A DNA stretch of 11,864 bases, from NCBI GenBank assembly GCA_041287245.1, contig JBEULP010000094.1, positions 1-11,864 on the forward strand. The letters are read 5' to 3'. The notes under the pieces were generated by a model. That model was given only the letters and a program-made list of their open reading frames with translations. It had not been told where the DNA came from and did not search any database. Every line of letters starts with the position of its first letter. Positions within the stretch are counted from its first letter, which is position 1. Shown here piece by piece: positions 1-7,787 of the stretch. A program made the position numbers and the translations under genes. The stretch is from Infirmifilum sp. (lineage in GTDB: Archaea > Thermoproteota > Thermoprotei > Thermofilales > Thermofilaceae).

Positions 1-193
1 TTAGCTGACATGACGTTCTCTGGCACTGCTAGGCTGGTTTCTCGCATTCTCTCTAGGGCTTTAATGATAGGGTGTCGCTAGCATCTTTCTCCACAGTTTT
101 GCTCGATGTATTCAGCCCTCTTCCGATGATCTCTCTCGACTCGAACTCTTCTATAGCTCACGATCGAGGGTTATGATTGTCTCGCCTTGTCAT
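1..193 (-). pseudogene. Probable degenerate ribbon-helix-helix antitoxin-like gene (frameshifted, internal stop; runs off the window edge)
   Basis: From ATG 193-191, the reverse strand pieced across frames gives MTR..TIITLDREL*..FESREIIGRGLNTSSKTVEKDASD..IIKALERMRETSLAVPENVMSA. This resembles crenarchaeal RHH antitoxins as I recall them (KTSITIDRELWEEFK...GL...VEE...IEALEKM). It needs several frameshifts and a TGG>TAG change. Confidence 0.3.
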
Positions 194-195
194 CT

Positions 196-325
196 GTGCT
201 ATCGCATGATTTAGTAGGTGATTTACTGAGAGACGTAGAGGAGGTTGTCAACGGGGGGTATGAGATCTATTGAGACTCTGATCCGGGCGGCTCTGGATTT
301 GTATGTTACGCTCAAGACGCAGTAG
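196..325 (+). pseudogene. Possible CopG/RHH-like remnant
   Basis: DLLRDVEEVVNGGY in one frame continues as RSIETLIRAALDLYVTLKTQ* (stop 323-325) after a 1-nt shift next to the G6 run at 253-258. This resembles the RHH helix pattern G-x-Y-R-S-x-S-E-L-I-R-x-A-L. Confidence 0.2.
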
Positions 326-555
326 TGTTTGTATTGTGAGGAGAAGATTGTATTTAAAGAGAATAAAGATTAAATACCAGCTATCTTAAATTGATATCGG
401 AGCGAATAATTATGATAAGTCAAAAAAGCAAAAGACTGTCAAGATTAGCGAGAGCGCTCGTCAGAGTTCTAGACCCGCCTCACCCCAACCTTGGGAAGTG
501 TCTGTGCTGGTATCACAATTTAATTTTGTAGCAGATGTGAGAGGCTGAAATAGTC

Positions 556-915
556 TTGGGACTCCCAACAACTCGCCGCCTCATCGAAACCCCCCGCTTC
601 CCAGCCGAACTCGTCAACAAGGCTTCAGCAAAGGAGAAAGGCGGTGGCGGGAGACCCGAGCCTTGGGAAATGGTCTTCTGGTGGACTAGAAAGCCTCTCG
701 CAAGTGCGAGAGCAGTGCTGGCAGCAGCAGCACTACCCGCCGACTCAGATGTAGGTATGTTCACCAAGAACCTGCTTAGAGTGCGCACCAACGTGAAGGG
801 TGAAGTAGAGAATGTCCCACACCGCGAAAACCCAGCCCCACCCCTCCGAGAGGTTGCCACGGTTTTAAAAACTCGACGTGGTAAAGAGGCGGATAGTCGC
901 GCAGGAAAGATTTGA
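556..915 (+). pseudogene. Truncated DUF1156-family DNA methyltransferase (N-terminal fragment only)
   Basis: RRLIE..FP..LVNKASAKEKGGGGRP..WEMVFWWTRKPLASARAVLAAAALP is the DUF1156 N-terminal signature. The ORF stops at 119 aa, before any SAM-binding (DPxxGxG) or DPPY motif, whereas intact members are about 900-1000 aa. Confidence 0.8.
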
Positions 916-977
916 AGGAGAAAGTAGTGTGGCGGAGGTTGAGCCCTAGAAATCTTCTTACTGAAAACTTCTCTCAA

Positions 978-1000
978 TTACTTAAATAATTTATAACCAT
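978..1000 (+). promoter_or_regulatory. Putative archaeal TATA-box promoter
   Basis: AT-rich intergenic tract with TTAAATA (982-988) and TTTATAA (990-996), about 22-28 nt upstream of TTG 1018 and of the start of the DUF6884-like reading frame. The spacing suits a leaderless transcript. Confidence 0.45.
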
Positions 1001-1021
1001 GATAATTAATTTTTAACTTGG

Positions 1022-1474
1022 GTACGGAAACTGTTAATCTTAAGTCTCTCACATGAGCGCAATCCAGATCCACACTCGCTACCGGTTATCAAGCACTACA
1101 ATGGTGTATTTTACAGAATGGTTCGCAAGCACTATGATGAGCTGAAAAAGAAGAATGTTGACGTGTTCATAATCGCAGAGGATCTCCGCATAATAGCTCC
1201 TGACACTACGCCTCCATATAGGCCACCAATAGGGAAGAGTTGGAGAAACTTTCTACCCAAAGGCAAGGAGCTGGGTACTGTTAAAGCCCTAAGGGAACAT
1301 ATACTTTCAATGATTAAAGAGAGAAAATGTAATGAGATTTTTGTCGCACTGAACAAGCATTTTCAGACCCTATTACCAGATCTAATCACTTGTTCTTGCA
1401 AGATGCTATCTAATTTTAGCGGAATAGGTTCTATGGTTCAGGCATTAAAGTTGCGGCTATCGGAGTGTGGGTGA
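1022..1474 (+). CDS. DUF6884/YaaA-like protein, possibly degenerate (track ORF 1118-1474 extends upstream in frame)
   Basis: The frame is open from 1010. Upstream of ATG 1118 it reads VRKLLILSLSHERNPDPHSLPVIKHYNGVFYR-MVRK...NVDVFII...II.PD...PY, matching the recalled DUF6884 pattern (LLILSCS.RK....PA.ERY.G..FR..RK...DV.I.S...G.I....I..Y). There is no in-frame ATG/GTG/TTG before 1118. Confidence 0.5.
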   Translation, partial: VRKLLILSLSHERNPDPHSLPVIKHYNGVFYRMVRKHYDELKKKNVDVFIIAEDLRIIAPDTTPPYRPPIGKSWRNFLPKGKELGTVKALREHILSMIKERKCNEIFVALNKHFQTLLPDLITCSCKMLSNFSGIGSMVQALKLRLSECG

Positions 1475-1478
1475 AGCT

Positions 1479-4400
1479 ATGATGAACAAATCTTCTCGTC
1501 GTATGATAGAAGAAACCCTGCCTCTTAAAGAAGTGAATTTAGATTCATTGTTTGAGTCAAGCTTCAGGGGTATGGGTATTCCTAAAGAGAGTAGAACTGA
1601 ATACTACAGGGCATTCGGAGTAAAACCAATGATTGCTGGTCCTAAGTTAAGAAATATACATGTATGGTTTGCTAGGAGGCCTCCATCTCCAGCACGCATT
1701 CTCACACTAGCCGCATTACTTCCGTCAAAACTAGATGCTAACATAGAATTAATAAAAAAAGCCGTTGGCTTTGAAAATTTAAGAAAATCAGCGAGAGAAC
1801 TCGGCGGATCCTTACTTATTTATGCAAGTCCGGACAGATATGTGATAAATGAATTATTTAAAAAACATCTTGGCCGTGAACCCAAAGAGTTTGTAGTAGT
1901 GGATCCAATGGCTGGCGGTGGCAGCATCCCCCTAGAGTCTTTAAGACTCGGCTTCACTACTGTAGCCGTCGAGTATAACCCGGTTGCCTACCTCATTTTA
2001 AAGGCTGCGGTGGAGTTTCCAGCTAAGTACGCTGATGCTGGTCTCTTCGAGGAGACTCTGAGGGTGGCCGAGAAGTTCATAGCAGAGGCTCGTCAAGAGC
2101 TTGGAAAGTACTACGGTGAAGGTTCTAATAGGTACATTTTTGCTCGTGGCATCAGATGCCCATTCTGTCACGGCCTTATACCTGTACAGGGAGTCGCTCC
2201 TCAAATAACGAGAAAAGAAACTTTCAAGAAGAGATTCCTGCGAATCGAGTTCGATAGGCAGAGGAAAACATTCACTGCTGAGACGACAGATGACCCGCCT
2301 CCCAAGCCCCTTGAAAAAAGGGGTAATAACATTAGGTGTCCCTACTGCGGTAGATGGTTCCAGCTACAAGGCAAGGCAAGGACAGGCCAGACAGCATTCG
2401 ATAAGTGGTTCCTGGATCACGCCACTCTAATGAGAAGCGTTGTTGAGGAGCTAGAGCAAATCACTCCCGAAATGGAGGAGAGACTCCTCGAGCTACATAT
2501 CCCACTAGTAAAGCAGCTCAAGAAAGGCTTTGCAGCCATTTGGGGCGATAAAAACGAGGAGGGCGTTTTCCTCCGAGCTTTTAGAGATCTTGCTGCTGAG
2601 ACGCTAGAGCTACAAGATTACATAGCACTTGACAAGATACCGGGCGAGAATAGATGGGCGAGCACAGCGAGGAACAAGGGTCTCACGCATTGGTACATGC
2701 TCTTTAATCCCAGGCAGCTCTTAGCCGTGGCGAAACTCTCGAAACTTGTTGCTCAGACTGCTGAGAGGCTTACATCGAGGGAAGGCGAGTTCGGAGCGGC
2801 GGTAGCGCTGTACCTAGCACTCGCTATCGATAAAATAGCTGATTATAACACTATTGCAACGGCGTGGCATGGTACAAGAGGGGTTATAAGAAATACGATT
2901 AGGGGTGAGAGTAGCATAGATTTCAGGCAGGAGTATGCTGAAGCGGTCTGTCCAGGACATGCCCTTGAATGGGCTCTTGAAACTGAGGTTGCCAAAGCTG
3001 GTAAGTATACGAGGACAGCTGGTGGTATTCTGCCGGTATTAAGGTTCCTTTGCCAAGAGTTTCGTGGGGCTGGTCTCGGTGATAGGATCTCCATTTACAT
3101 GGGAGATGCTACTAGGCTCTCAGAGATGCTGGGAGCTGGTGCCGTTGACGTGGTGAATGTGGATCCCCCATACTTTGACCAGGTTATCTATAGCGACAGG
3201 AGCGAGTTCTTCTGGATGATTCTACGCAGGGCACTGGCTCCTGTGCTTGAGATTCTCTTTAAACCTGGGCTGAGGCTATCAGGCTGGAGTTGGACGAGCC
3301 CTACGGTGCCCCGTGAGCGCGAGATCGTTGCGCGTGATGAGAAGGATACCAACGGCGGTTTCAGGAAACTCCTCAAGGAGTTCGTGAGGGAGACGTACAA
3401 AGTCTTGAAGGATGACGGCGTCCTTGTGCTCTGGTTTACGCACCCGAGGGATCTTGCATGGAGGACGGTTGGAGAGGCTCTATATGACGCAGGGTACGTG
3501 GTCTCTAAGGTGTGGCCTATCAAGACCGAGATGCCAACTCGCTACAAGCAGCAGGTTAACCTCGTTGCCCAGCAGACAAGCCTCGTGATCGTGGCGAGGA
3601 AGTACGCGAGGTCGAGGCTGATCGAGGTCGGGTTAGATATGAAGCGCGGCCTCCTGAACCACCCGCTTTTTGTCCGAGCTGCTGAAGAGGCTGTGGAGGA
3701 TGCCCGCCGGGTCTCGCGGGAGGCAGGAGCCAGCCCAGCCGATATGATGACTTTGATGCTGGGTAGTGCCTTGTCTGTGGCGACACGCTTCGAGGTTCCG
3801 CGGCCTGGAGGCTTCGACAGCCTATTCGACGCTGCCGCGACGAAGGTGAGCGAGTTGTTTGTCGCGCCCCTGCTTCGTCGAGTCCTAGTGGAGGTGGGGC
3901 TGGTGAAGCTCTTAGATGCTGAAGCGGAAAGGGTTTTGGATAATGTACGAAGGGCTATGCTGCGCGATGCCGCTGCGAGGTCGTATGTCATTCTCTGGTT
4001 CCTTTCAAGGGTGGATCTGCAGTCTGGCAAGCCGAGGGAGCCTCTCCTCCTGCTGAGCTATGACTTTGCGCAGACGGTGGCTAAGTTGCTTGGGTATGAT
4101 ATTGACAATCTACTGGGAAGGGGTTTAGTAGACATGGTCGCGGTTAAGGAGGTATCAAGTGTCGAGCCCGAAGAGGGAGGAGGGCGGAAAAGCGGGAAAG
4201 CATTTGTTCCATTGATGTTCGAGGCTTTGAGCGCGGCCAAGGCACGGACGACATGGTCGGTTCTCTCAACGCTGTTGCCAGGTAGGGCCCTGTATCTTGC
4301 TTACTTGGCTCTTCACGAGTCAGGTGCCCCTAGAGTGAGGGCGAGGGGTATACGGGAAAAAGTGCTTGCTTGGACTGACGAAGAAGTTGCGGAGGCCGCA

Positions 4401-4577
4401 TCCCTATCGGTGGTACTGCTGGAGACCGCCCGTGACAAGGACTTGGGATTTAAGACGGCGCCAGCTGGTAGCCTCGATGCTTACCTCTCGGGCTCTCTTA
4501 ATGCCTCAGAGGCCCAGACAGCTAGGGAGTTGGCTGTGCGTGCACTGCTCTACCTGACGGGTGGGGTGACTTTATGA
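1479..4577 (+). CDS. DUF1156/COG1743-type Zn-ribbon amino (likely N6-adenine) DNA methyltransferase
   Basis: DUF1156 motif IHVWFARRP; SAM-binding motif I VVDPMAGGGSIPLE (D at 1902); CPFC (2157-2168) and CPYC (2337-2348) Zn ribbon; LFNPRQL; catalytic motif IV NVDPPY (DPPY 3162-3173). GGTGA RBS at 1470-1474 favours ATG 1479/1482 over GTG 1467. Confidence 0.92.
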   Translation: MMNKSSRRMIEETLPLKEVNLDSLFESSFRGMGIPKESRTEYYRAFGVKPMIAGPKLRNIHVWFARRPPSPARILTLAALLPSKLDANIELIKKAVGFENLRKSARELGGSLLIYASPDRYVINELFKKHLGREPKEFVVVDPMAGGGSIPLESLRLGFTTVAVEYNPVAYLILKAAVEFPAKYADAGLFEETLRVAEKFIAEARQELGKYYGEGSNRYIFARGIRCPFCHGLIPVQGVAPQITRKETFKKRFLRIEFDRQRKTFTAETTDDPPPKPLEKRGNNIRCPYCGRWFQLQGKARTGQTAFDKWFLDHATLMRSVVEELEQITPEMEERLLELHIPLVKQLKKGFAAIWGDKNEEGVFLRAFRDLAAETLELQDYIALDKIPGENRWASTARNKGLTHWYMLFNPRQLLAVAKLSKLVAQTAERLTSREGEFGAAVALYLALAIDKIADYNTIATAWHGTRGVIRNTIRGESSIDFRQEYAEAVCPGHALEWALETEVAKAGKYTRTAGGILPVLRFLCQEFRGAGLGDRISIYMGDATRLSEMLGAGAVDVVNVDPPYFDQVIYSDRSEFFWMILRRALAPVLEILFKPGLRLSGWSWTSPTVPREREIVARDEKDTNGGFRKLLKEFVRETYKVLKDDGVLVLWFTHPRDLAWRTVGEALYDAGYVVSKVWPIKTEMPTRYKQQVNLVAQQTSLVIVARKYARSRLIEVGLDMKRGLLNHPLFVRAAEEAVEDARRVSREAGASPADMMTLMLGSALSVATRFEVPRPGGFDSLFDAAATKVSELFVAPLLRRVLVEVGLVKLLDAEAERVLDNVRRAMLRDAAARSYVILWFLSRVDLQSGKPREPLLLLSYDFAQTVAKLLGYDIDNLLGRGLVDMVAVKEVSSVEPEEGGGRKSGKAFVPLMFEALSAAKARTTWSVLSTLLPGRALYLAYLALHESGAPRVRARGIREKVLAWTDEEVAEAASLSVVLLETARDKDLGFKTAPAGSLDAYLSGSLNASEAQTARELAVRALLYLTGGVTL

Positions 4578-7500
4578 AGCCGGTCGGCGAGCTTTTCAGG
4601 TCTAAGGTTTCCTTAGAGGAATTAAAGGAGGAGCTTGTCCCAAGCTTCGACGCTGTGCTGGAAGCGTGGATGAGCGGACCCAAGAGAACCAAGTTCTCGG
4701 ATCCCGACTATGTGCTTGAGATCACATACGTGACGCCACCACTGAAACTCTTCGTTGAAAGGGTCGCGGAGCGGTTAAGGATTCCAAACGTGGTAGGAGT
4801 TCCGCTAGAGAGAGGGTTCGGTTTCGGCAAGACGCATTCTCTCATTTATCTCTGGCACCTTTTCACCTCGGATGCCTACAGAAAAGCGGGCATCACAATT
4901 CCCGAGGACTTGGTTCAAGAGACTCTGGTCTTGGGCATGGACTTCAGCGCAGATCACCCCTTTGCAAGGCTTGTACAGGAGTTGGAGTTCTATGCTAAGT
5001 TCCCAAAGGAGCTGTCAGGTATCAAGGATGTGAATCTTCTCCGAGCTGTTTTAAATACATTCAATATGTTTGAGAAAAGCGAGAATCTAGCCGATCCCGA
5101 GAGTCTGGCAAAGTTCATATCAAAGGTGCTTGAAGAGTATGAGCGCCTCGGCGGCAAACCCAAGCTACTTCTGCTCATGGATGAGCTTGGCTTAGACCTT
5201 GCGAGGAAGTTGAGGGAGTACGCAGATAAAAAGGATGATAAGATCTACACTCTCGCCAATAAGCCCTTGAACTTCCTCAGCTACCTTTACAGTAAATTGC
5301 AGGTAAAGAAGTTTGCAGGCGTAGTCATCTGGGCCCTCGCGGAGCAGGATAAGAGGGAGATAGAGGCCCTAGCTATGAAGTACGTCGATGACGAGAAACT
5401 ATCCAAAAAGATCGAGGGTGTCATAAAAGACCTGGACACCATATCTGAGCGCTACTCGAGGGGTCTCGGTGGGACAAGCATTGCCGAGTTATCTTATAGC
5501 CCAGAGTACGCACTGGATATTGCTAGGCGTAGGTTGCTCAAGGTTGCTCCTGGTGTGAGTCTCGAAAACTTACAGGCTGAGTACGTGCACTGGCTGGAGG
5601 CGCTTGCGAAGCAGCTGAATTTGAGCGAGGCATTCTTTAAATACAGAGAGGAGCTCAAACGATTCTACCCGTTCTCCCTTGGGTTGATCAACTTGCTGAA
5701 GAAGCTAATGAGCAGCCGCGATGCCCCCCGTACAGAGTTTGTGCGAACGGTTTTACAGGTTGCCTGCGAGGCTACCGAAAACGCGTTAAGGAAGGATCCT
5801 GAAGGGGCTTACGCTCTGAGCGTAAAGCACCTCAGCATGGGTAGCGTGGTGCAGGCTAAGCTCGTGACCCCCTTCGAGGAAGATTGGGTAAGGGTGGCCA
5901 TGGAAGTCGAGGACGCCGTTGGAAAGCAGGAGCAGGAGATGAAGGTTGTCGCGGAGTTGGTGGCGAAGTACATTCTCGCTAAGGGCATTACCGCAGATGT
6001 GCTGACTCTTCTAGAGTCGAAAGAAAAGAGAGATGTAGAGAGATATGGTTCCACGCTGGAGGAAATACAGCTCGAGGTGCTAACTTCGATGAAGGGGGAT
6101 GAGGCGCTAGTGGCCATCGAGAGATTGGGTAACGCCTTGGAAATCCTGCGCTCCGAGAGCGCGAGGATTGATGAGCGGGAAGTAGAGAGTGCAAAATTTT
6201 ACGTACCCTCTCTCGTCAGGACAGTTTTCAACAAGCTAGCTGTGTACATCTTAGAGGAGAGGAAGAACGTTGAGAAAGAGGAGCTGATTCCCGTCTACCT
6301 CGTGCAAAGAGGGACTTTACAATCCCTCTTCACAAACCTATCGCTGGTGATCGGTGGTAGGAGTAACGTGAATGTGAGTCTTACGGAGTACCGTAAGCTC
6401 GTAAACTTGAACCTTCTACTCTCGGATGAAAGCTTTCGCGACGCGCAGAACAGGGGAAACCTGCTGTTGGTGCTAGTTCCGCCTTGGGATGCGGCGCTCT
6501 TCTTTTCACTGCGCCAGGGTGAAAGCTACGATACTGTGGTTAACAGGGTTGTCCGGGAGCTGCAGGCTGCGTTACAAGAGGGTAGGGTTAAGAAACCCCT
6601 CCACCTCGTAGTGCTCGTTCCGAATCTCTCTGTTACAAATATGAAGAGACTCCTGAGTAAACTGGTGGAGTATGAAGGTACGAAGAGGTTCATCAACTAC
6701 TTGGCGAAAAAGGAGGAGATAATCAACGAGAGGTTGAAGGAGTACGAAGCCACACTGGTGAAGAGGGGGGATCTTATAGAGTTCTTGAGAGGCGATGATG
6801 CCAAGAGGGTTCAGCGCAACTTGCGGACGAGGCTAGAAAGCGAGATCGTGGAAGCGAGAAACTACGCTCAACAGCGTCTAGTACGACTATCCAGGGAGAT
6901 AGTCAAGAGTGTTCTGGAGCTGTACGAGAAGGTTGTGTATTACAGTCTCGATGAAAAGTCATTTACCGCTAAGCATGTATCGTCCATTCAGCGTCCTGAA
7001 GAGGCGATAGAGGCAAAGGATCTCTCGAGTTACGCGGCTACGGTCAACGAATTTCTCAAAGAAATCGTGAACCAATTAGGGTACAAATCGGACGTTGTGC
7101 AAGTAGCAAGAGCTGTTCTTGATGCCTATCGGGAGGAGATGAGTAGGGGAGTCATTAGGGAGTTCGACAGGTTTGAGGAAGTGAGCGAGAATATCATGCT
7201 AGGAACATTCGGCGTTAAGCCCCTCAGCCTGGCTGTAGCGCGGGAGGCTCTGCTCAGACTCAACAACGAGGATATCGAGCTCGAGGATAAAACTGTGAAG
7301 ATTCTCGTGAACGAGAGTGAAGGGGTCATCCGTTTCTCGGCGACTCCAAAGAGAGCGGAAGTGGCTCCCACGTTTGTCGAGGAGCAAGTGATGCCCACCG
7401 TTATACCTCGCGAGGTTCCTGTGAAGCAAACTGCCGAAGTACTTGAGAAAGTGGTCGTCTCAGAGCTTCCGCCTGGCTTCGATGTGCAGGATCTGTCTTT

Positions 7501-7786
7501 GAAGCTCGGTAGGTTTCTCGACAGTGGCGAGGTGGAGACACTCGAATTTGTTCTAGAGGGAGATCTTGTTAAAATCAACTTGATTCTACGGAGTCCTACG
7601 AAGGATCTGTGGAACGAGTATAAGTCTGTTGTGAACATGTTAAGGTTGATCTCTGAGAAGGCGAAGAAGCCTGTCACCCTTGAATTGAGTCTTAAGTCGC
7701 CGAAACCTCTCTCAGAGCTACGCGAAATACTCGGAGACTATGTAAAGCAGAGAAGAAGCCCCATAGACCGCCTCCTCCCAGCGTAG
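4574..7786 (+). CDS. DUF499/COG1483-family large P-loop ATPase (BrxC/PglY-related)
   Basis: 1070 aa. N-terminal DPDYVLEITYVT; Walker A RGFGFGKTHSLIYLWH (4811 onward; DUF499-type FGxGKTH); Walker B LLLLMDE; RFYPFS (YPF motif). ATGA overlap with the MTase stop and a GGGGTGA RBS upstream. Confidence 0.85.
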   Translation: MKPVGELFRSKVSLEELKEELVPSFDAVLEAWMSGPKRTKFSDPDYVLEITYVTPPLKLFVERVAERLRIPNVVGVPLERGFGFGKTHSLIYLWHLFTSDAYRKAGITIPEDLVQETLVLGMDFSADHPFARLVQELEFYAKFPKELSGIKDVNLLRAVLNTFNMFEKSENLADPESLAKFISKVLEEYERLGGKPKLLLLMDELGLDLARKLREYADKKDDKIYTLANKPLNFLSYLYSKLQVKKFAGVVIWALAEQDKREIEALAMKYVDDEKLSKKIEGVIKDLDTISERYSRGLGGTSIAELSYSPEYALDIARRRLLKVAPGVSLENLQAEYVHWLEALAKQLNLSEAFFKYREELKRFYPFSLGLINLLKKLMSSRDAPRTEFVRTVLQVACEATENALRKDPEGAYALSVKHLSMGSVVQAKLVTPFEEDWVRVAMEVEDAVGKQEQEMKVVAELVAKYILAKGITADVLTLLESKEKRDVERYGSTLEEIQLEVLTSMKGDEALVAIERLGNALEILRSESARIDEREVESAKFYVPSLVRTVFNKLAVYILEERKNVEKEELIPVYLVQRGTLQSLFTNLSLVIGGRSNVNVSLTEYRKLVNLNLLLSDESFRDAQNRGNLLLVLVPPWDAALFFSLRQGESYDTVVNRVVRELQAALQEGRVKKPLHLVVLVPNLSVTNMKRLLSKLVEYEGTKRFINYLAKKEEIINERLKEYEATLVKRGDLIEFLRGDDAKRVQRNLRTRLESEIVEARNYAQQRLVRLSREIVKSVLELYEKVVYYSLDEKSFTAKHVSSIQRPEEAIEAKDLSSYAATVNEFLKEIVNQLGYKSDVVQVARAVLDAYREEMSRGVIREFDRFEEVSENIMLGTFGVKPLSLAVAREALLRLNNEDIELEDKTVKILVNESEGVIRFSATPKRAEVAPTFVEEQVMPTVIPREVPVKQTAEVLEKVVVSELPPGFDVQDLSLKLGRFLDSGEVETLEFVLEGDLVKINLILRSPTKDLWNEYKSVVNMLRLISEKAKKPVTLELSLKSPKPLSELREILGDYVKQRRSPIDRLLPA

Positions 7787-7787
7787 C

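Noticed and set aside
412..548. Short ORF from ATG 412 and an alternative-frame KTVKISESARQ peptide resembling an antitoxin N-terminus
   Set aside because: Too short and the similarity too weak to support a call.
1754..1760. A7 run in the MTase as a phase-variation tract
   Set aside because: Short, in an AT-rich Lys-coding stretch, and the frame is intact.
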